A DNA stretch of 64,000 nucleotides, from the NCBI GenBank assembly GCA_973851085.1, contig OZ316776.1:4650001-4714000 (forward strand), in the 5' to 3' direction. This document shows, in pieces, positions 13,408 to 27,300 of the stretch. Positions within the stretch are counted from its first letter, which is position 1; each line of letters opens with the position of its first letter. Under the pieces are notes generated by a model that saw only the letters and a list, made by a program, of their open reading frames with translations, was not told the DNA's origin and searched no databases. The DNA comes from Ptychomitrium polyphyllum (Eukaryota). The translations under genes were made by a program, and so were the position numbers.

Positions 13408-13483
13408 AGAATCAAGTAACATAAAACAACAAATCAGGTCGAAAGCATCAACCCCTGCATCCTTTCAAATAAAATCAGCCGAT

Positions 13484-16400
13484 CTGCGCGAACCAGCGAC
13501 AAGCAGCTTGCCATCAGGTGAGTGCAGTCTTCTTCCAACAGTGGACCATGTTCGCTCCACGACACCAAACTTTGCACTAAAATGTGAAATATTCCGTTTT
13601 CAAGATTGTCAAACAAACGGGCGATTCAAGAAGACGAAGACACAGAAACTATGCACTGGGAAGGCTGTCGAGGCTCATCCTATGAGCTAGTTTATGTCAA
13701 AGGGGGAAGATGGTACAGAAGTACTCAAGAAATCGGTGATGCTGCCATCAAGTCACAAAGTGGAATCCTGTAACCAGACAGTGACACAATTCTAGTAGGC
13801 GCCATAACCAATGTACAAACCAAAGCATTGTAAGCATAGCACCTTCTGTAATAATAACTCCAAATGTCAAACATATAAAACTACAATAAATCACAAAAAC
13901 CTGAACCCCCGTCCAATAGGCAGTCAGAGAATGTCAAAACCATATCCAGTAGAAGACACTGGCTGACCTCGTTCAGGAAAGAAACCTCAACCAAGGCAGA
14001 ATACCATCCGACACCGAGGTTCACAGCATTTTCCAAAACGTGGACTTAGCCACCAAATATGCACCCTAACCATCAACAATACCATTCGCTCCAAAATTGC
14101 CAGACAACTGAAAGTCATCCAATGTAGACGAAACGGAGCCATACAGTACAATGTCCATATTGAGGAATACGTATATTTCACACTTTTTACTGCAAAATGA
14201 ACCTGCTTTAGGACTCTAATTTCGCAAAGCAGCACCCTCGCAGACTCCTACTTGTCGGCACCAAACACACCTCAGCTTGCCAGTGGGCAAGCAGGCCAAG
14301 GATCAACTCCTGGGTCTGGCCCTGTCCATTGCGGAAACAATGCTCATCTTCTCACTCCGTGGTACTGATGCAACAGCCATCGAGCAACCCTATGACCTCT
14401 CTGATTCCAAAACCCAAGGACAAAGCCGTCTACACGTTCCAAGGCCAGATTGCCTAACGCAACCAGAGTCGTCGGTACTTATAGTCTTGATTGCTCCAAA
14501 AAATTAGAATTTCCCTCGCTTACAGACGTCGTCGCTAGCTTAGACTCCACTACAACTCCCAAGAACTGCACAACTAACAGACATCATCGGCCGCTACCCC
14601 CGTTCGCCGATGCCCCACGTTCAGGCCATCACTTCCTTCGACTTGGCCACCACGTTGTCCACGGTGATTCCAAACTCCTTGTACAGGATGTTAGCCGGGG
14701 CGCTCGCACCAAAGTGGTCCACTCCGATCGCCCTGCCCTCCAGCCCGGTGTACCTCTCCCACCCGAACGTGGCACCGGCCTCAATAGACACACGGGCCGT
14801 CACGGAAGATGGCAACAGACCTTCCTTGTACTCGGCGCTCTGCTCCTCGTACAGCTCCCAGCACACGAACGACACAACCCTCACCGTCTTGCCCTCCCCC
14901 CTGATAATGTCTGCGGCCTTGGCGGCGATCTCCAGCTCGGAACCGGAAGCCATCAGGATCAGGTCTGGCTTGTTGTCCTTCGAGTCGTCCGAAATGGCGT
15001 ACGCACCGAGCAGCACGTTGTCGATGGATGTGCCGGGCAAGTTGGGCAGCTTTTGTCTCGACAGAGCCAGGGTCGACGGCCTCTTCCTGTTCAGCACCGC
15101 CACCTTGTACGCGCCCGAGGTTTCGTTCCCATCGGCGGGCCTCAGCATCAACATGTTTGGCATGGCCCTGAAACTCGCCAGGTGCTCGATGGGCTGATGC
15201 GTGGGCCCGTCCTCTCCCAGCCCGATCGAGTCGTGGGTCATCACGTAGATCACACCGGTCTCCGACAGAGCGGAGATCCTCATCGCCGCCCTCAGGTAAT
15301 CCGTGAAGATGAAGAACGTCGCGCAGTACGGGATCAGACCGCCCAAGTGCTGCTGAATTCCGTTGCAGATCGCTCCCATGGCGTGCTCCCTCACTCCAAA
15401 CCTCACATTGCGCTCTGCCGGGGTGCTCTTCTGGAAATCCCCGAACATCTTCATCAGCGTCATGTTCGATGATGCCAAATCGGCACTGCCTCCAATCAAC
15501 CCGGGCAGAGTCCGTGCCAAGGCGTTAAGACACCTCTGGGACAGGTTGCGGGTGGCGTCACCTGCGTCCTCGGGGGTGAAGTCCTGCGTTCGTCCACAAC
15601 GACCAACCGCCACTCCGTCAGCAATCTCCCCACCGTCCTCTCAACGCACCCACTCCCCCTCTCAAAAAACTTCTACTTCATCAAACAACAGGCTAAAGCG
15701 AACATGATCGTTCCGCAGTCCGACTGCGGGGCAACAACCACACGGCATTTGCATCCACTTACGGGAAGGGCCTTGTCCCAGCCGTCGGGCAACTCGCCGC
15801 TGATCAGCTGCTTGAATTCGGCGCCCTCCTCGGGGTACTTCTGGGCATACGCTTCCACGGCGCCCTCCCAATCACTCTGGTACTTGCTTCCCAGGTCGAT
15901 GTGGCGGCTCCAGTGGCTGTCACAAGCACTCAAGCACGGATTCAGAAGCGCCTTCGGCTAATCGTACCACCCCCTACATCACTCCACGAGAACTGCAACA
16001 CCCACTCAAAGACTTGCCCCCCGCTCAAACCCCCACCCGGACAGACTGCTCACGTCGCTGCCCCCCCCAACAACGTCCCCAACTCAACCACTTCCAACGG
16101 GAAGCTCACCTCTTCACCTCGTCGGGAACGTGGAATGGCTCGTAGGGCCAGCCCAGGTTCTGCCGAGTGGCCTCCACCTCCTTTCCACCGAGGGCGGCAC
16201 CGTGCACCGAGTACGAGTTCGCCTTGTTGGGAGACCCGAACCCGATAGTGGTCGTCACCTTGATCATGGTCGGCCTGTCCGTCACCGACTTCGCCTCTTC
16301 AATGGCGGCGCGGATCTCGTCGTAGCCGGTGTTTCCGTTCTTCACCCAGATCGTGTGCCAGCCTAGGGCATCGAACCGAGCGTCCACGCTCTCGGTGAAG

Positions 16401-18506
16401 GCGATCTCCGTGTCTCCGTCGATGGAGATGTGGTTGTCATCGTACATGCAGATGAGCTTTCCGAGCCCCCAGTGACCTGCCAGCGACGCCGCCTCGTTGG
16501 AGATACCCTCCATATTGCACCCATCGCCCAAAATGCAGTATCTGCATCCATACACGTTCCATGCCATCGGATCAGCGCTGCGTCCAACATCACCATTCGC
16601 TGGGACGCATTCTAGTGTGCGCCCGCCACTCCATCATACACTAGACGGGCCACAGCAGGCCGCGCGCATGCGCACTATCACAACGGCACTCTCTAACAAA
16701 ACAACGGGGGTGTGGTTCTCACGTGTAGTGGTCCACAATCTTGGCGTCGGGCTTGTTGAAGCGGGCAGCCATGTGCGCCTCGGCCAGGGCCAGACCCACG
16801 GCATTAGCAATACCTTGCCCGAGAGGACCGGTAGTCACCTCCACCCCCGGGGTCTCAAAGTTCTCGGGGTGACCGGGCGTCCTGCTTCCCCACTGCCTGA
16901 ACTGCTTCAAGTCCTCTTCCTGCACGACAGAAGGAGAGCGCACACATCAATGCTGCGAACCACCAATGCCCCCGAACTTGGAGCCACTAGGTCGTTCTTA
17001 CAGAGACGAGCGCCCGTTCTCATGACAGCATGAACCCGAATCACCTCCCCATGGACCCATTCTGTACTCCTCCCAGGTCCTACCCCAGGGGACAGAGAAA
17101 CACCGGGTTGTTCCACAATCCTCAGGTGCCCGGTCTCGATTGCCGATCGATGTTCGATACAGCATATGAGTACTCGAAATTCAGAGCCTAGAAACCCCGT
17201 GTCCCGGGAGCGTCCCCGCAATTCGGGGAGACACCACACCAGGTGCTGTGCACGGCACTGAAGATGGCCCAGGAACATTCCTCAACACACCCAACACCTA
17301 GACCATTCTGCCGCCACTGCGACGAAAAAGTTATCCGCCGTCCAAGACATACCTTCACGCTGTCGTATCCTGCGAGGTGGAGAAGGGCGTACTGGAGCAT
17401 GCATCCTGTCAACACATTTGCCACCGGCCCCGTCAGAACAATTCCGCTCTAGAACCTCCCCTCTCTCAGGTCGTACTCTCTGGGAGCACAACTCGAGAGA
17501 ACATGATTGATTGAGACCCAGAATTGCAAGTGGCTCGAAACCACACTGATTGAGCTCATCGACCCAAGACCACACGCGATTCCGCACAAGCACATGAAAC
17601 AGAGTGCAATTCGCTCACCGTGCCCGGCGGACAGCACGAACCGATCCCGGTTGAACCAGTACGGGTTCTTGGGGTTGTACTTCATCACCTCGTCGTACAG
17701 GATGTGGCCCATGGGCGCGCATCCCATCGGCAGCCCCGGGTGCCCGGAATTCGCCTTCTCCACCGCGTCGATGGCCAGGAACCGAATGGTGTTCACGGAC
17801 TTCTCCACCACCGCATTGTCGGTCTTCTGCGCGGTCTCCACGGCCGCCGCGGCCCGCACCGCCACCCTCTGCCCCCCGCGCGCGCCCCGCCCAGCGCCGC
17901 TGCTGCCGCTCGCGCCCTTGCTGGCGATCCGCAGCCCGGCGAACTTGCTCAGCCCGAACCCCTGCACGGACGCCCCGAGGCGCTCCACCTGCGGGGAACC
18001 GCGCACGGCAGCAGGCGCCACCGCGCCCGCAACCGCAGCCACATTGCACCTCGCCGCTGCCATTGCCCCTGCGCTCGCTCACCCGCCCCCGCACACTCCC
18101 AACTCAAAAAGCTCCCGAGTGCGAGCAACCACACGGGATGGATCGTAAAGCCGGGGTTCCGGCACCAGTGGACGCTGCCTTACAGGCAAGCGCAGGGAGT
18201 GAAGGCGGAGGGGAGGTTGGGGGGGGGGGGGGGGGGGAAAGAGTGGGGCGTGGGGAGGGAAGGGGGCGAGAAGTGGATGCGCGGTGTCGGGCTTGCCTAG
18301 TTGAGCCTCGAGCAGGAGCAGCGATTGAAGGGCCCGGGCCGTCGCGGCGGAGCAGCAGTCAGCGCACGGCAGGGCGAGCGAGCCACAGGATAGGGCACTC
18401 TTTTTCGCTTTAGATGAAGTGCCTTGAACGAGTGGCTGCGGCGAGTCTGGGTTTCGAGCTTATGCCGCTAGGGCTCCCATGGCCGTGTGGTGGATTTCTG
18501 GCTCGC
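13484..18506 (-). repeat. Right arm of ~5.0 kb inverted repeat
   Basis: Inner junction CGCGCAG|ctact versus cgat|CTGCGCG; outer junction degrades beyond about 4360/18506. Confidence 0.97.
14621..18063 (-). CDS. TKL: Plastid transketolase, copy B. Exons 18063-17619, 17405-17353, 16919-16723, 16541-16110, 15916-15763, 15583-14621; protein identical to copy A
   Basis: Mirror of copy A (position p maps to 22866-p). The only coding difference seen is a synonymous ATC>ATT (7960/14906). Confidence 0.95.
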
Positions 18507-19870
18507 GTTTTGTGTTTGTTCGTCGATCCTTAGTTATTTACTTTCGTTGGAAAAGCGACTGTTCTCGTCACGTTTAGCGTGAGTTGTCATGGATTGAGTC
18601 GTAACCTGGTCTTTGCTTTAGGTTTGAGGTGTTTCTGTCGGAGCTTCAGTCTGTGTGATGATCTAGGCTTGTTATGTGGTCATGGGCGTATGCAGCTTTT
18701 TTTGTTTGGCTCGTGGAAGGCTGGATAGTGGAGTTTGATAACCTGCGCATTTTTAGTGTTAGCCCAGTGTTATAGTATTATGCTAGTAATGATAATTTAG
18801 CATGCTTTACCAAGCCAACAATAGAAATTCTAATTTTGTTTTACGTTTCTGTTAGCTTTTGTCGACCATTCTAGAAGTGTTATTTGCTTGTGGTATAAAT
18901 TGTATGTTGTGAGGGTTAGTGATTAGACTTTATTGATATTTTGAAGAGGTTGGATATGAAGTACAATGTAGTTATGTGGTGTAAATGGACAACTATGGTT
19001 TTATACTATTTTTTGAAATGAAGTATCTTGTCATATGGCAAAAAGCATTTTGTTGCTTTTATTTTATTTGAATAACCATATTAATTTTTTCATTGCTTTT
19101 ACAATTTAGAAATTTTTTTATGTATACTATGTAGGATTAAGTTTTTATCGTCATGATAAATTATGGATAATGATACTTGTATAAAGTATTTGTGGCGTAT
19201 TACATACGATTAGGTAAAAGTGGTTTAGAAGGTCTTAGGCTAAAAAATATCAACATCAATGTTGTAGTTTGGAGGACTAAAGTGCATAATAGGCTTGTAA
19301 GTTATATTGTGAAAATTTAAGTAATTATTTTAATCTTTTGTGTAATTGCTTTATGTATGATGGAAATGCAATTTTAAGTTTAGTATTCGTTGGAATACAA
19401 TATGCATCAGAATGAATAGATTTTAATTAAGTTTTCATCTGTAGTGCATCATTTTACTTAAAGATGAACTTGAACTTGTTTTGGATGAATTTCTTACTTA
19501 TTAGAACCAAATTAAAGGATGTTTATGAGCTAACTTTTGGAATTGGTCAAATAAGTTATATATAATGTGGTACAATTTAAACATGGTTAATAGTTTATCA
19601 TTAATTATATTAAGAAGAGCTTTCAACAATGTATTTGTACGTTAAATTTCAATAAATCTAATTGTTAATTCATCCTTTTAATGCCTATGAAGTGATTATT
19701 TTCTTTCTTTTATGCCATTTGTATTTATTATTGAAACAAATATATAAATGCCATAAATTTCCAATCCTTCAATTGGCATGTATATATTGATTCATCCATC
19801 TTGAGCTACTAATTCACTTTATAAAAAACAAAAGATAAATCTCATATAAGTATGTTTATTAAATTATATA

Positions 19871-19940
19871 TTCATTTTGATTATACAGAAGATTTTATGA
19901 TTCATTTTGATTATACAGAAGATTTTATGATTCATTTTGA
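19871..19940. repeat. 30-bp tandem repeat, about 2.3 copies (TTCATTTTGATTATACAGAAGATTTTATGA)
   Basis: Read directly. Confidence 0.9.
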
Positions 19941-22900
19941 AGTTTTTTTAATGTATTTAGAACGTTCTTGAATTAATTGTGTTTTTTAAACCTTTTTAAC
20001 CTTATCAGATGGACCATTCTTTTTTAAATATTATTTTTCTACATTAATTTGGATGTAATCAAAGATTTTAGAAACTAATGCTATCTGATAATATTTTAAT
20101 ATTTGTTATTTTAATAATTGTTATGTTTATGGAAATTCTATTTTGTGTCTGTAGTTTGGAAGTGTTTTGTTTTTTTATAGCTATATAATATTAATTGATA
20201 TCATACAACATGATATTTTTAAATTTATATGGGAAATAGCGTATAAAAATAAAATATTTATTATTTTAGAATTCATTTCATTGGATTTTATATCAAAATT
20301 TATGTTTACAGATAATAAAATATTTTGTAAACTTGGATTCTTATAATCAATTACAGAATTCAAAATATATGATACGAAGTCTTCAACTCAATGGAGTTTT
20401 TATATAAAATATTGAAAATCAAAACTTGAAATGTAAAGATGAATTGGTTTTTTAAATTTCATCAAATCACAAATACAACAGAGTTATTGTAGTTTGTGAG
20501 CCAAATCAATATATTGACATAAATTAATATATTTAGTTTAAGAAAGCATAGACGAAGCAACATTATTAAAAAATAGAAATAAATTTAAAAGAATGAATAT
20601 GAAATTATTTTTTTCTATTCTTTCCTATATGTGGTGATTTTAATGTTGTTCCATTATTTTTTTAGTTAATTGTCTAAAATATAGGTAATTTGATTGGTTT
20701 TTTAATCCAAAAAACTTATAGATGTTATAAAAATGAAACAAGGAAACATTTAATAAATACATTCTAATTTTGTTGTTTGATTCAATATCTAAAATCACAA
20801 TCAAAAGTATATATAGTGTAATATTCAAATTTTTATATTATTGTGGCATGTTTTTGTACATTTGTTACATCAAAATGTTGGTTTGTATGCCATTACATTT
20901 TGCATTGTATTTTTTTACACTATGATAAAATGATTTTTTAAATATAGATTATAAACTTTAATTCAAAGGCATGATTATTTTGGCAACTATCAATGTACAT
21001 CAATTCCAAATAATTCAAATAAATGCTAGAAGGTCTTTCTAAAAGCTTAATATTAAAGAAAGTAATTATAAAGATAAAACTTACAATCAAAAATGAAAAA
21101 TAATTTGATTTTTTTAATAAGCATTATTTTTCCAACAAAATATTTGGAATAACAAGAATATTAGTATCAAAATACCTAGACATATAAATGATTAATAAAA
21201 GGAGAAGTTAAAACCACAATGATGTATTTAACATATGAAATTCGAGCTTGTCAAATGATTCAATGAGGAACAATATGTTAGATTGTGCAAATATGCATGA
21301 GGTAGATTTTTTGGAAGTGCCCCTTCTTATTATTAACTAACCATACAAAACCTGAAACCAAAAGTGAAATTAGGTGAAGCACTAGGCAATATTTACATGC
21401 ATCATAGATTCTTTACTTCCATAGTTCTAAGTGCATTAAGGTTCATATTTAGAGTCCTACTATTTCACACTTCAAACTTCAACAATTTGTTAAAAATCAC
21501 AATGAATCTAAAAATCATAGTTTTACTAAATGAAAACATTTCTCTAAATTTTTTTATATATGAAGGTTGCTCCATTTCAAACTCGGATCTTCATTTGTGC
21601 CAAAATGCTTTAACAGTGATGATCCCGTCTACCTTCTGCAAAGTTTTCAGAAGTTGAAGTCTCGGGTGCGTCATGGGTTTCTGGACATTCTAATGCTTAC
21701 GACGGACACCGAAGGGGGGGTCTCTGGATTCACGGAAGTTGTCAAGGGACTCAGAACTGCATTCATGTGCATCATAGCTCTGTTCGATTCTCTTACACCG
21801 CTTTCATTGAAGCTCCGATGCACCCTTGTAGCATGTCATTCCTCCACCACAGCCTCAGATAATCCTCAGCTCTCAGACCAAGTCAGGTAATACAGGGTTT
21901 ACTCAAATGGTATAGATTGCTTTCATGATGGTTATTCATCACGAGGTATAATCCATTTTAAAATATTAGGAAGGGAGGCAAGTTGAAGGCAAAGGCATAA
22001 AAATTTGCAGGGACCCCTTGTAGCACCCTCGTCCCAAGGAGAATCTCATCATCTCCCTATACGAATTTTTGGTCAAAACTTTGTTCCACTACAGAACTAA
22101 AGAGTTTATGTAGGAATCACCAAATCATACCTATGTGTTTTTCAGTATCGATCATTTTTGATTCCTCACTTTCTAAGGTGAAAATGAGTTGCTTCAAATG
22201 TTAGAGGGGTGTTTATTTTGGGATGCATTTCAAACTTGAGCATAACAGTTCTTCCATACAATGCTGCCATCCCCACGGCAATCCCAATGCAAGCTACAAG
22301 GACGGATGACTGTCATTGATTATTGCTTTTCCTAGTCCTCTTCAATCAACCTTTTTCATTGCACACAGCTTTTCTTACATCAATTTGATACCATCGAAGT
22401 TGCAGTGGGTGCCAAATTCGATGATTTGTTCAGCAAAGGAACTGTTGCAATTACTGTTAGTCACAGTAATTTCCAAAATCTAAACAGTAAGTTGGGATCA
22501 GAACAAAGCGTTAGTTACAATAATTGAGGATTCACATGGTATTGTAGTAGTGTAGGTATATGTGGCCCACTCTGGTATTTTAGTATGAGTATGAGTATGA
22601 ATGTCTTTATGATGATATTTCTGAAAAAATGTCAGTTAATTATCATTATTTTAAAGAAGTCACTGTAAATTTTTGTTTAATAACTCTGCTCTCTCGCTAA
22701 TTTCACAAGCCTTTATTAAAATTAATGCAAGGATTAATATAAATTCTCAAACAAATATTAGATCTTAGAGTATTTGTATAATTAAGTGTTTGTGATGTCA
22801 AAATAGTAATGCGTGAATTCCATTTCCATCATGTACCGTAAGAGTGGAAAGATGGTATGTAAATGAGACGTTAAGGCATTATTTTCCATATTATAAGCTT

Positions 22901-23959
22901 TCTTTTTCATATCTTCAAAATTCATGAAAGTCACTTATCAAGCCATTTTTCTATTTTGACATTTCATTAATCATAAAATTCTTAATCAAATCCTTTGGAC
23001 ACCTTTTGGATATCAAATTTCTAGTATCATTTTGTTTTAGGAAGTGAACTTAAGCATAAAAGGCTAAAAAATGTTGTATTCATACTTTAACAAGATCATT
23101 CTTCAACCTACAACAGCTAAGAATGCTATGATACTATTGAATTATTTCTAAAGCAAGAAGTAAAGTCTGCATTCTTCACTTTTTTTTATTCCATGTAGAA
23201 GACTCACAAAATATGACAATGCAAGGTGATGAAAAATACTCTTGAATAAGTATTTGTTTCATGCTAGAGACATGTTTTAAAGAAGTACTAGTATTAGCCA
23301 TAATATAATTTAAAAAAGAATCTTCTCTATCTTTGGAGACAAATATTTAATCCATTGTTGAAAATGAAATATATAACCTTTTAAAAAGATTAATGAAAAA
23401 AAAAATTAATATTCTTTTTAGACTTGTTTAAGGAATAAAATAACAAATAGGGTTAGGCACAAGGTTTTAGTGGCACTACTTATATTATAAATGGAAAGAT
23501 ATGGCAAAGGAGATACAATAGCAAGATGTTGTGTAAATAAATATTTTCAACACAACACATCCAATACTACAGCCATAATCAATTTTGTAGCAAACAAAAA
23601 CCAAACGATATATAATAAGCACACAATTAAAAACAAAGAAGAAATTACTACACCACAAAGTCAAGCAGCTCTCACTTCACAAAAGAAGAATTTTTAGAGT
23701 GCAAGAAGTAGAAAAAACCCTAAAGATTTATTAAATGATTAAACCACCATTTCCAAGCAAAATTAAAACACAACGTTTTTTAAAAATACACTTACAAAGC
23801 TTGATTTGGCAAATAATGCCAAGTGTAGGAAGTTTCTCCACCTAATATTTCTTCCAAATTCTAATTTGTAATAAATGGATGAAATACTCCCTAAAATCAA
23901 TTATATCACATTCATTTGACGTGGCTTAGCACTCAATGCCACGTTACGTGACATAGACT

Positions 23960-24312
23960 TTATATTAAGAATTAAGAACTATGACAAGATACAAGGCTAA
24001 AAGATCTAAATTAAACCACAAGAAATGCATTGTCAAAACTGAAGATATCTTTACCCTTGATTCCTATATGTATTAGAACTACAAGCCTTAAAAGCTTCTG
24101 AAAAAACTTTTAATACAATGCTTTGTACTCAAGTTACCATAAATTGCTTCTTTAAAAACTTCTTTACTAAAGTTAACTTTTTTGGAAGTTTTTTTAGCCA
24201 ATTTAACTTCCTTAACTGTTTTTTTAATCAAAATAACTTCTTTACAAGCTTCCTTAATCTTTTTGAACTTTCTAAAATTTTCTTTAATCTCTAAATCTTT
24301 CAATTACGTGAA
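23960..24312 (-). mobile_element. Degenerate LTR fragment related to the LTRs of the gypsy element at 34837-43897
   Basis: Shares blocks such as AAAAGATCTAAATTAAACCACAAGAAATGCATTGTCAAAACT, TATTAGAACTA and GAAAAAACTTTTAATACA, plus a ~30-bp GGAAG/CTTCC-type repeat region. Termini and TSD not resolved. Confidence 0.6.
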
Positions 24313-27300
24313 ATGCTCTATGCTTTAAGAATTGTTAAATACTGCTAATAATCAAGCTTTAGAATTGGCAAATTTTTCAAGCTTTTCATTGGTTCTTTTC
24401 TTCTTAATTTATCATATTCAATCAAAGCTTGCCACATCAATTTAATGACTTGTTGATTTGACCAATCTTCAATATTAAAAGTTGTAGCATTCTTTTGAAA
24501 CCAACTATTTCATTTGATAATGTTTCTAAGCAGTATTTAGATTGCTTAAACCAATTTTATTTGTGCCTAAGTATCTTCACCAAAATAGTAAAATTCTATA
24601 AAAGAGTGAGCAAAAGTTTTGAGGTTTCAAAGCCAACATGTAAATAATAGATGTGGCATGCTTCTAGATGCATTTGGAATTGTAACAATTTTAAAACCTA
24701 TGAGTCATCAATTCAATGATGATTGGATTGCAAAAATGTAATTGATGTCAATTCTATTCATAATTTAAACCTACTACAAGCATTCAATTCTAAGTTGGCC
24801 AAAAGAGCATTGTTTATTTGTCAACCCTAATTGACCACTATATATCCTTTCAATTGAATGAAATAACAGTTGTCGAGACTCTTTGCCATTTTATACAAGC
24901 CAAGATACAACTAAAGTGCCTTTCAACCATCAATTGCCTTTTTTGATTTATTGTATAAGCAATGAATTTAGCCCTATTTGCCTACACATAATTTTACAAA
25001 TAAAAACTAAGCTCCAAGATTAGGCCATAGAATAATAAAAATAAATTATTAACATCCTTTTGCAAGCATTAGCATTAAAATGTATAGCAACATGGACCTT
25101 CTTGATCTTCTCCTTAAAATGAATTACAACATTCCTCTACATTGATATGATTTACTTTAGTCATCCCAAATTCAAAGTAAAAATAATGTTAACTTAGAAG
25201 GAAGCTAAAAGGTGTAGATTTGTAAGCCAATGGTGAACATATCAATGAAGCATGGTTGTGGTGGCACAGTTAATAGTTGACCTCCTGGTGGCTTAGTTGT
25301 ATTGTTTGGAATTTACAAATCAATTTTGGAAAGTTGTGGAATAGGGTTTCAGTAAATGCTAACGCAATTTTCAGCTTGCAGGCATAAAGGATTGGATGAT
25401 AAGTTCCAATTCCACTTGTAAAGAAAGGTAGAAATCATCCGAGGCCAAAAAGGGCTTGTCCCCAATTTGAGATCATAATCAACGTCAGCCGCCTGCCAAA
25501 TACGTAGCCTCACTTGCTCTAGACTCCGGATACTTGTTCTCTAAATACAACCCGCATAGAATATCACTGCTTTTTCAGCTGGCATAATTCAGATATAATA
25601 CATTTTTTTTGTTGGTGGATGTAATAAAACACAAGAAACAAGTCAGTGCACATCCAAATTGAACCAAATGCGTTCAGAAAATGTACAGAATCTGTAAATC
25701 CCAACCTTGCGTAGCATTTGTAGCTATATGTGAGCTCTATGACGCCTGTAGAATTGTGAATTACAACTTCCTAGATTGAGATACACATGCTCTTCATTTG
25801 GGACTGTCTGTGGCTCTTCAATAGACTAACATCAACCGAACCAACGTTGAGTGATCAAATTTGTTCACGTACCTTGGTTTGAAATGGAAGCGAGTGCTCA
25901 GCCTTAATGTAAATGCATTAAATCTCAAAAGTTTACATTGAGTGGAAATCATGGACTATGGCTGTCTTTGGAAACAAATTGGATTTTGGTACCTACCTAA
26001 TAGGTGGCAGTATGAGCGCTCAGCTTGTCCCCGAGCTTCCACGTTTTAGTGATCACTAGACGTCATTCCAAGAATTTCCATCATAAAAATCTCAAGAGCA
26101 AAAAGTCATAACTGCAAAGAACATTCTTTACTGACCTACATCTTATGTGATAATTGGATTTCAGTGAAAAATGCCAAGATAATAGCAGGCTCGCTGGAAG
26201 ATATTGGCACTCACATTACGACCTGTTAAGCTCTCAGCATGAATTCCTAGTTTGAAAAAATTGCAGGATGCATTGAATTGTTCCAAGTCGATCAACTACT
26301 CCAGCATACGAGTATCGGAAAACACTTACAGCAGGCTGGCCAGGACGAGGCGCCACAATCGGCTTCAACTCAGCCGAGTCTCCTTTGAAATCACTGCCCT
26401 CTACTTCCGCTTACCCCCCACTTCGACTCCACACTCCAGTTTCGACCCTGTAACCTTCGGAAGTTGAAAACTTCTGCGTTTTCTTTACACTTGATTCCTC
26501 CATTTTCTACAGAGCTCCCAGCTTCCACTCTTTAAGCCACGTTCTTCAGATAGTTTTCCTGCTCTAACTTATGTGTGTTAACTTATTACAGACACAATAC
26601 AGACTCTATACTGGTTTGCACTTTCAAAATTCCCTTCATTTTCTCACTGCTACTCTTCCCAGCTGTGACTGCATTTGGCATGTATGTCATGCATATAAAG
26701 TTCCAAACAAGGGGAAAGGATAATGCTACTAAGGCTCAGGCTGTGGCTGAGGAGAAGAGAGAAATATACTGCTAGATTTTATTTTTTTTAAACTGTTTTG
26801 GAATTTAATAAGCGGTGATGCTGAGAAATAACTCCAGGATTATCCACTACTATTCGGAACTATTTTGGAAATTTTTCTTTCTTCAGAAAACTAGAATCCA
26901 GAAGTGGTGAAGGAAGTCAACAGTTCGTGATCAACGCCAGCTGCCGGGCAGTTTTCTTGGATAGTTCAGCATGTGATTGGAACTTGGAAAGTTTGGATGA
27001 AATTTGAAGTTACTTTGAAAGATAGAAAAGAGCAATTCTTTTTCATTTAGATATGAACAATGAATAGTTCACAGTGTCTCAAAGAAGAAGAGCAAGTGGC
27101 TATCACGAGTGTCTTCATCCCATATGTTTCTGATTTAATGAGATATGATATTTTAAACAATAAATCTTCATTTACTCATCTTAAATGAATGCAAACAGGT
27201 GTTATTCATGTTCATTTTCTAGAATAAATTTGTGTTTTTAAGAATTGTAAGCAATTAATTTGAAATATAATTACCATCAATTGCAATTATAATAGAATAA

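Noticed and set aside
23527..23953. Possible further solo LTR (TGTTGTG...CGTGACA)
   Set aside because: Flanking 5-mers (CAAGA / TAGAC) do not form a TSD; too decayed to support.
24320..25400. Possible decayed retroelement coding sequence
   Set aside because: No diagnostic motif could be read with confidence.
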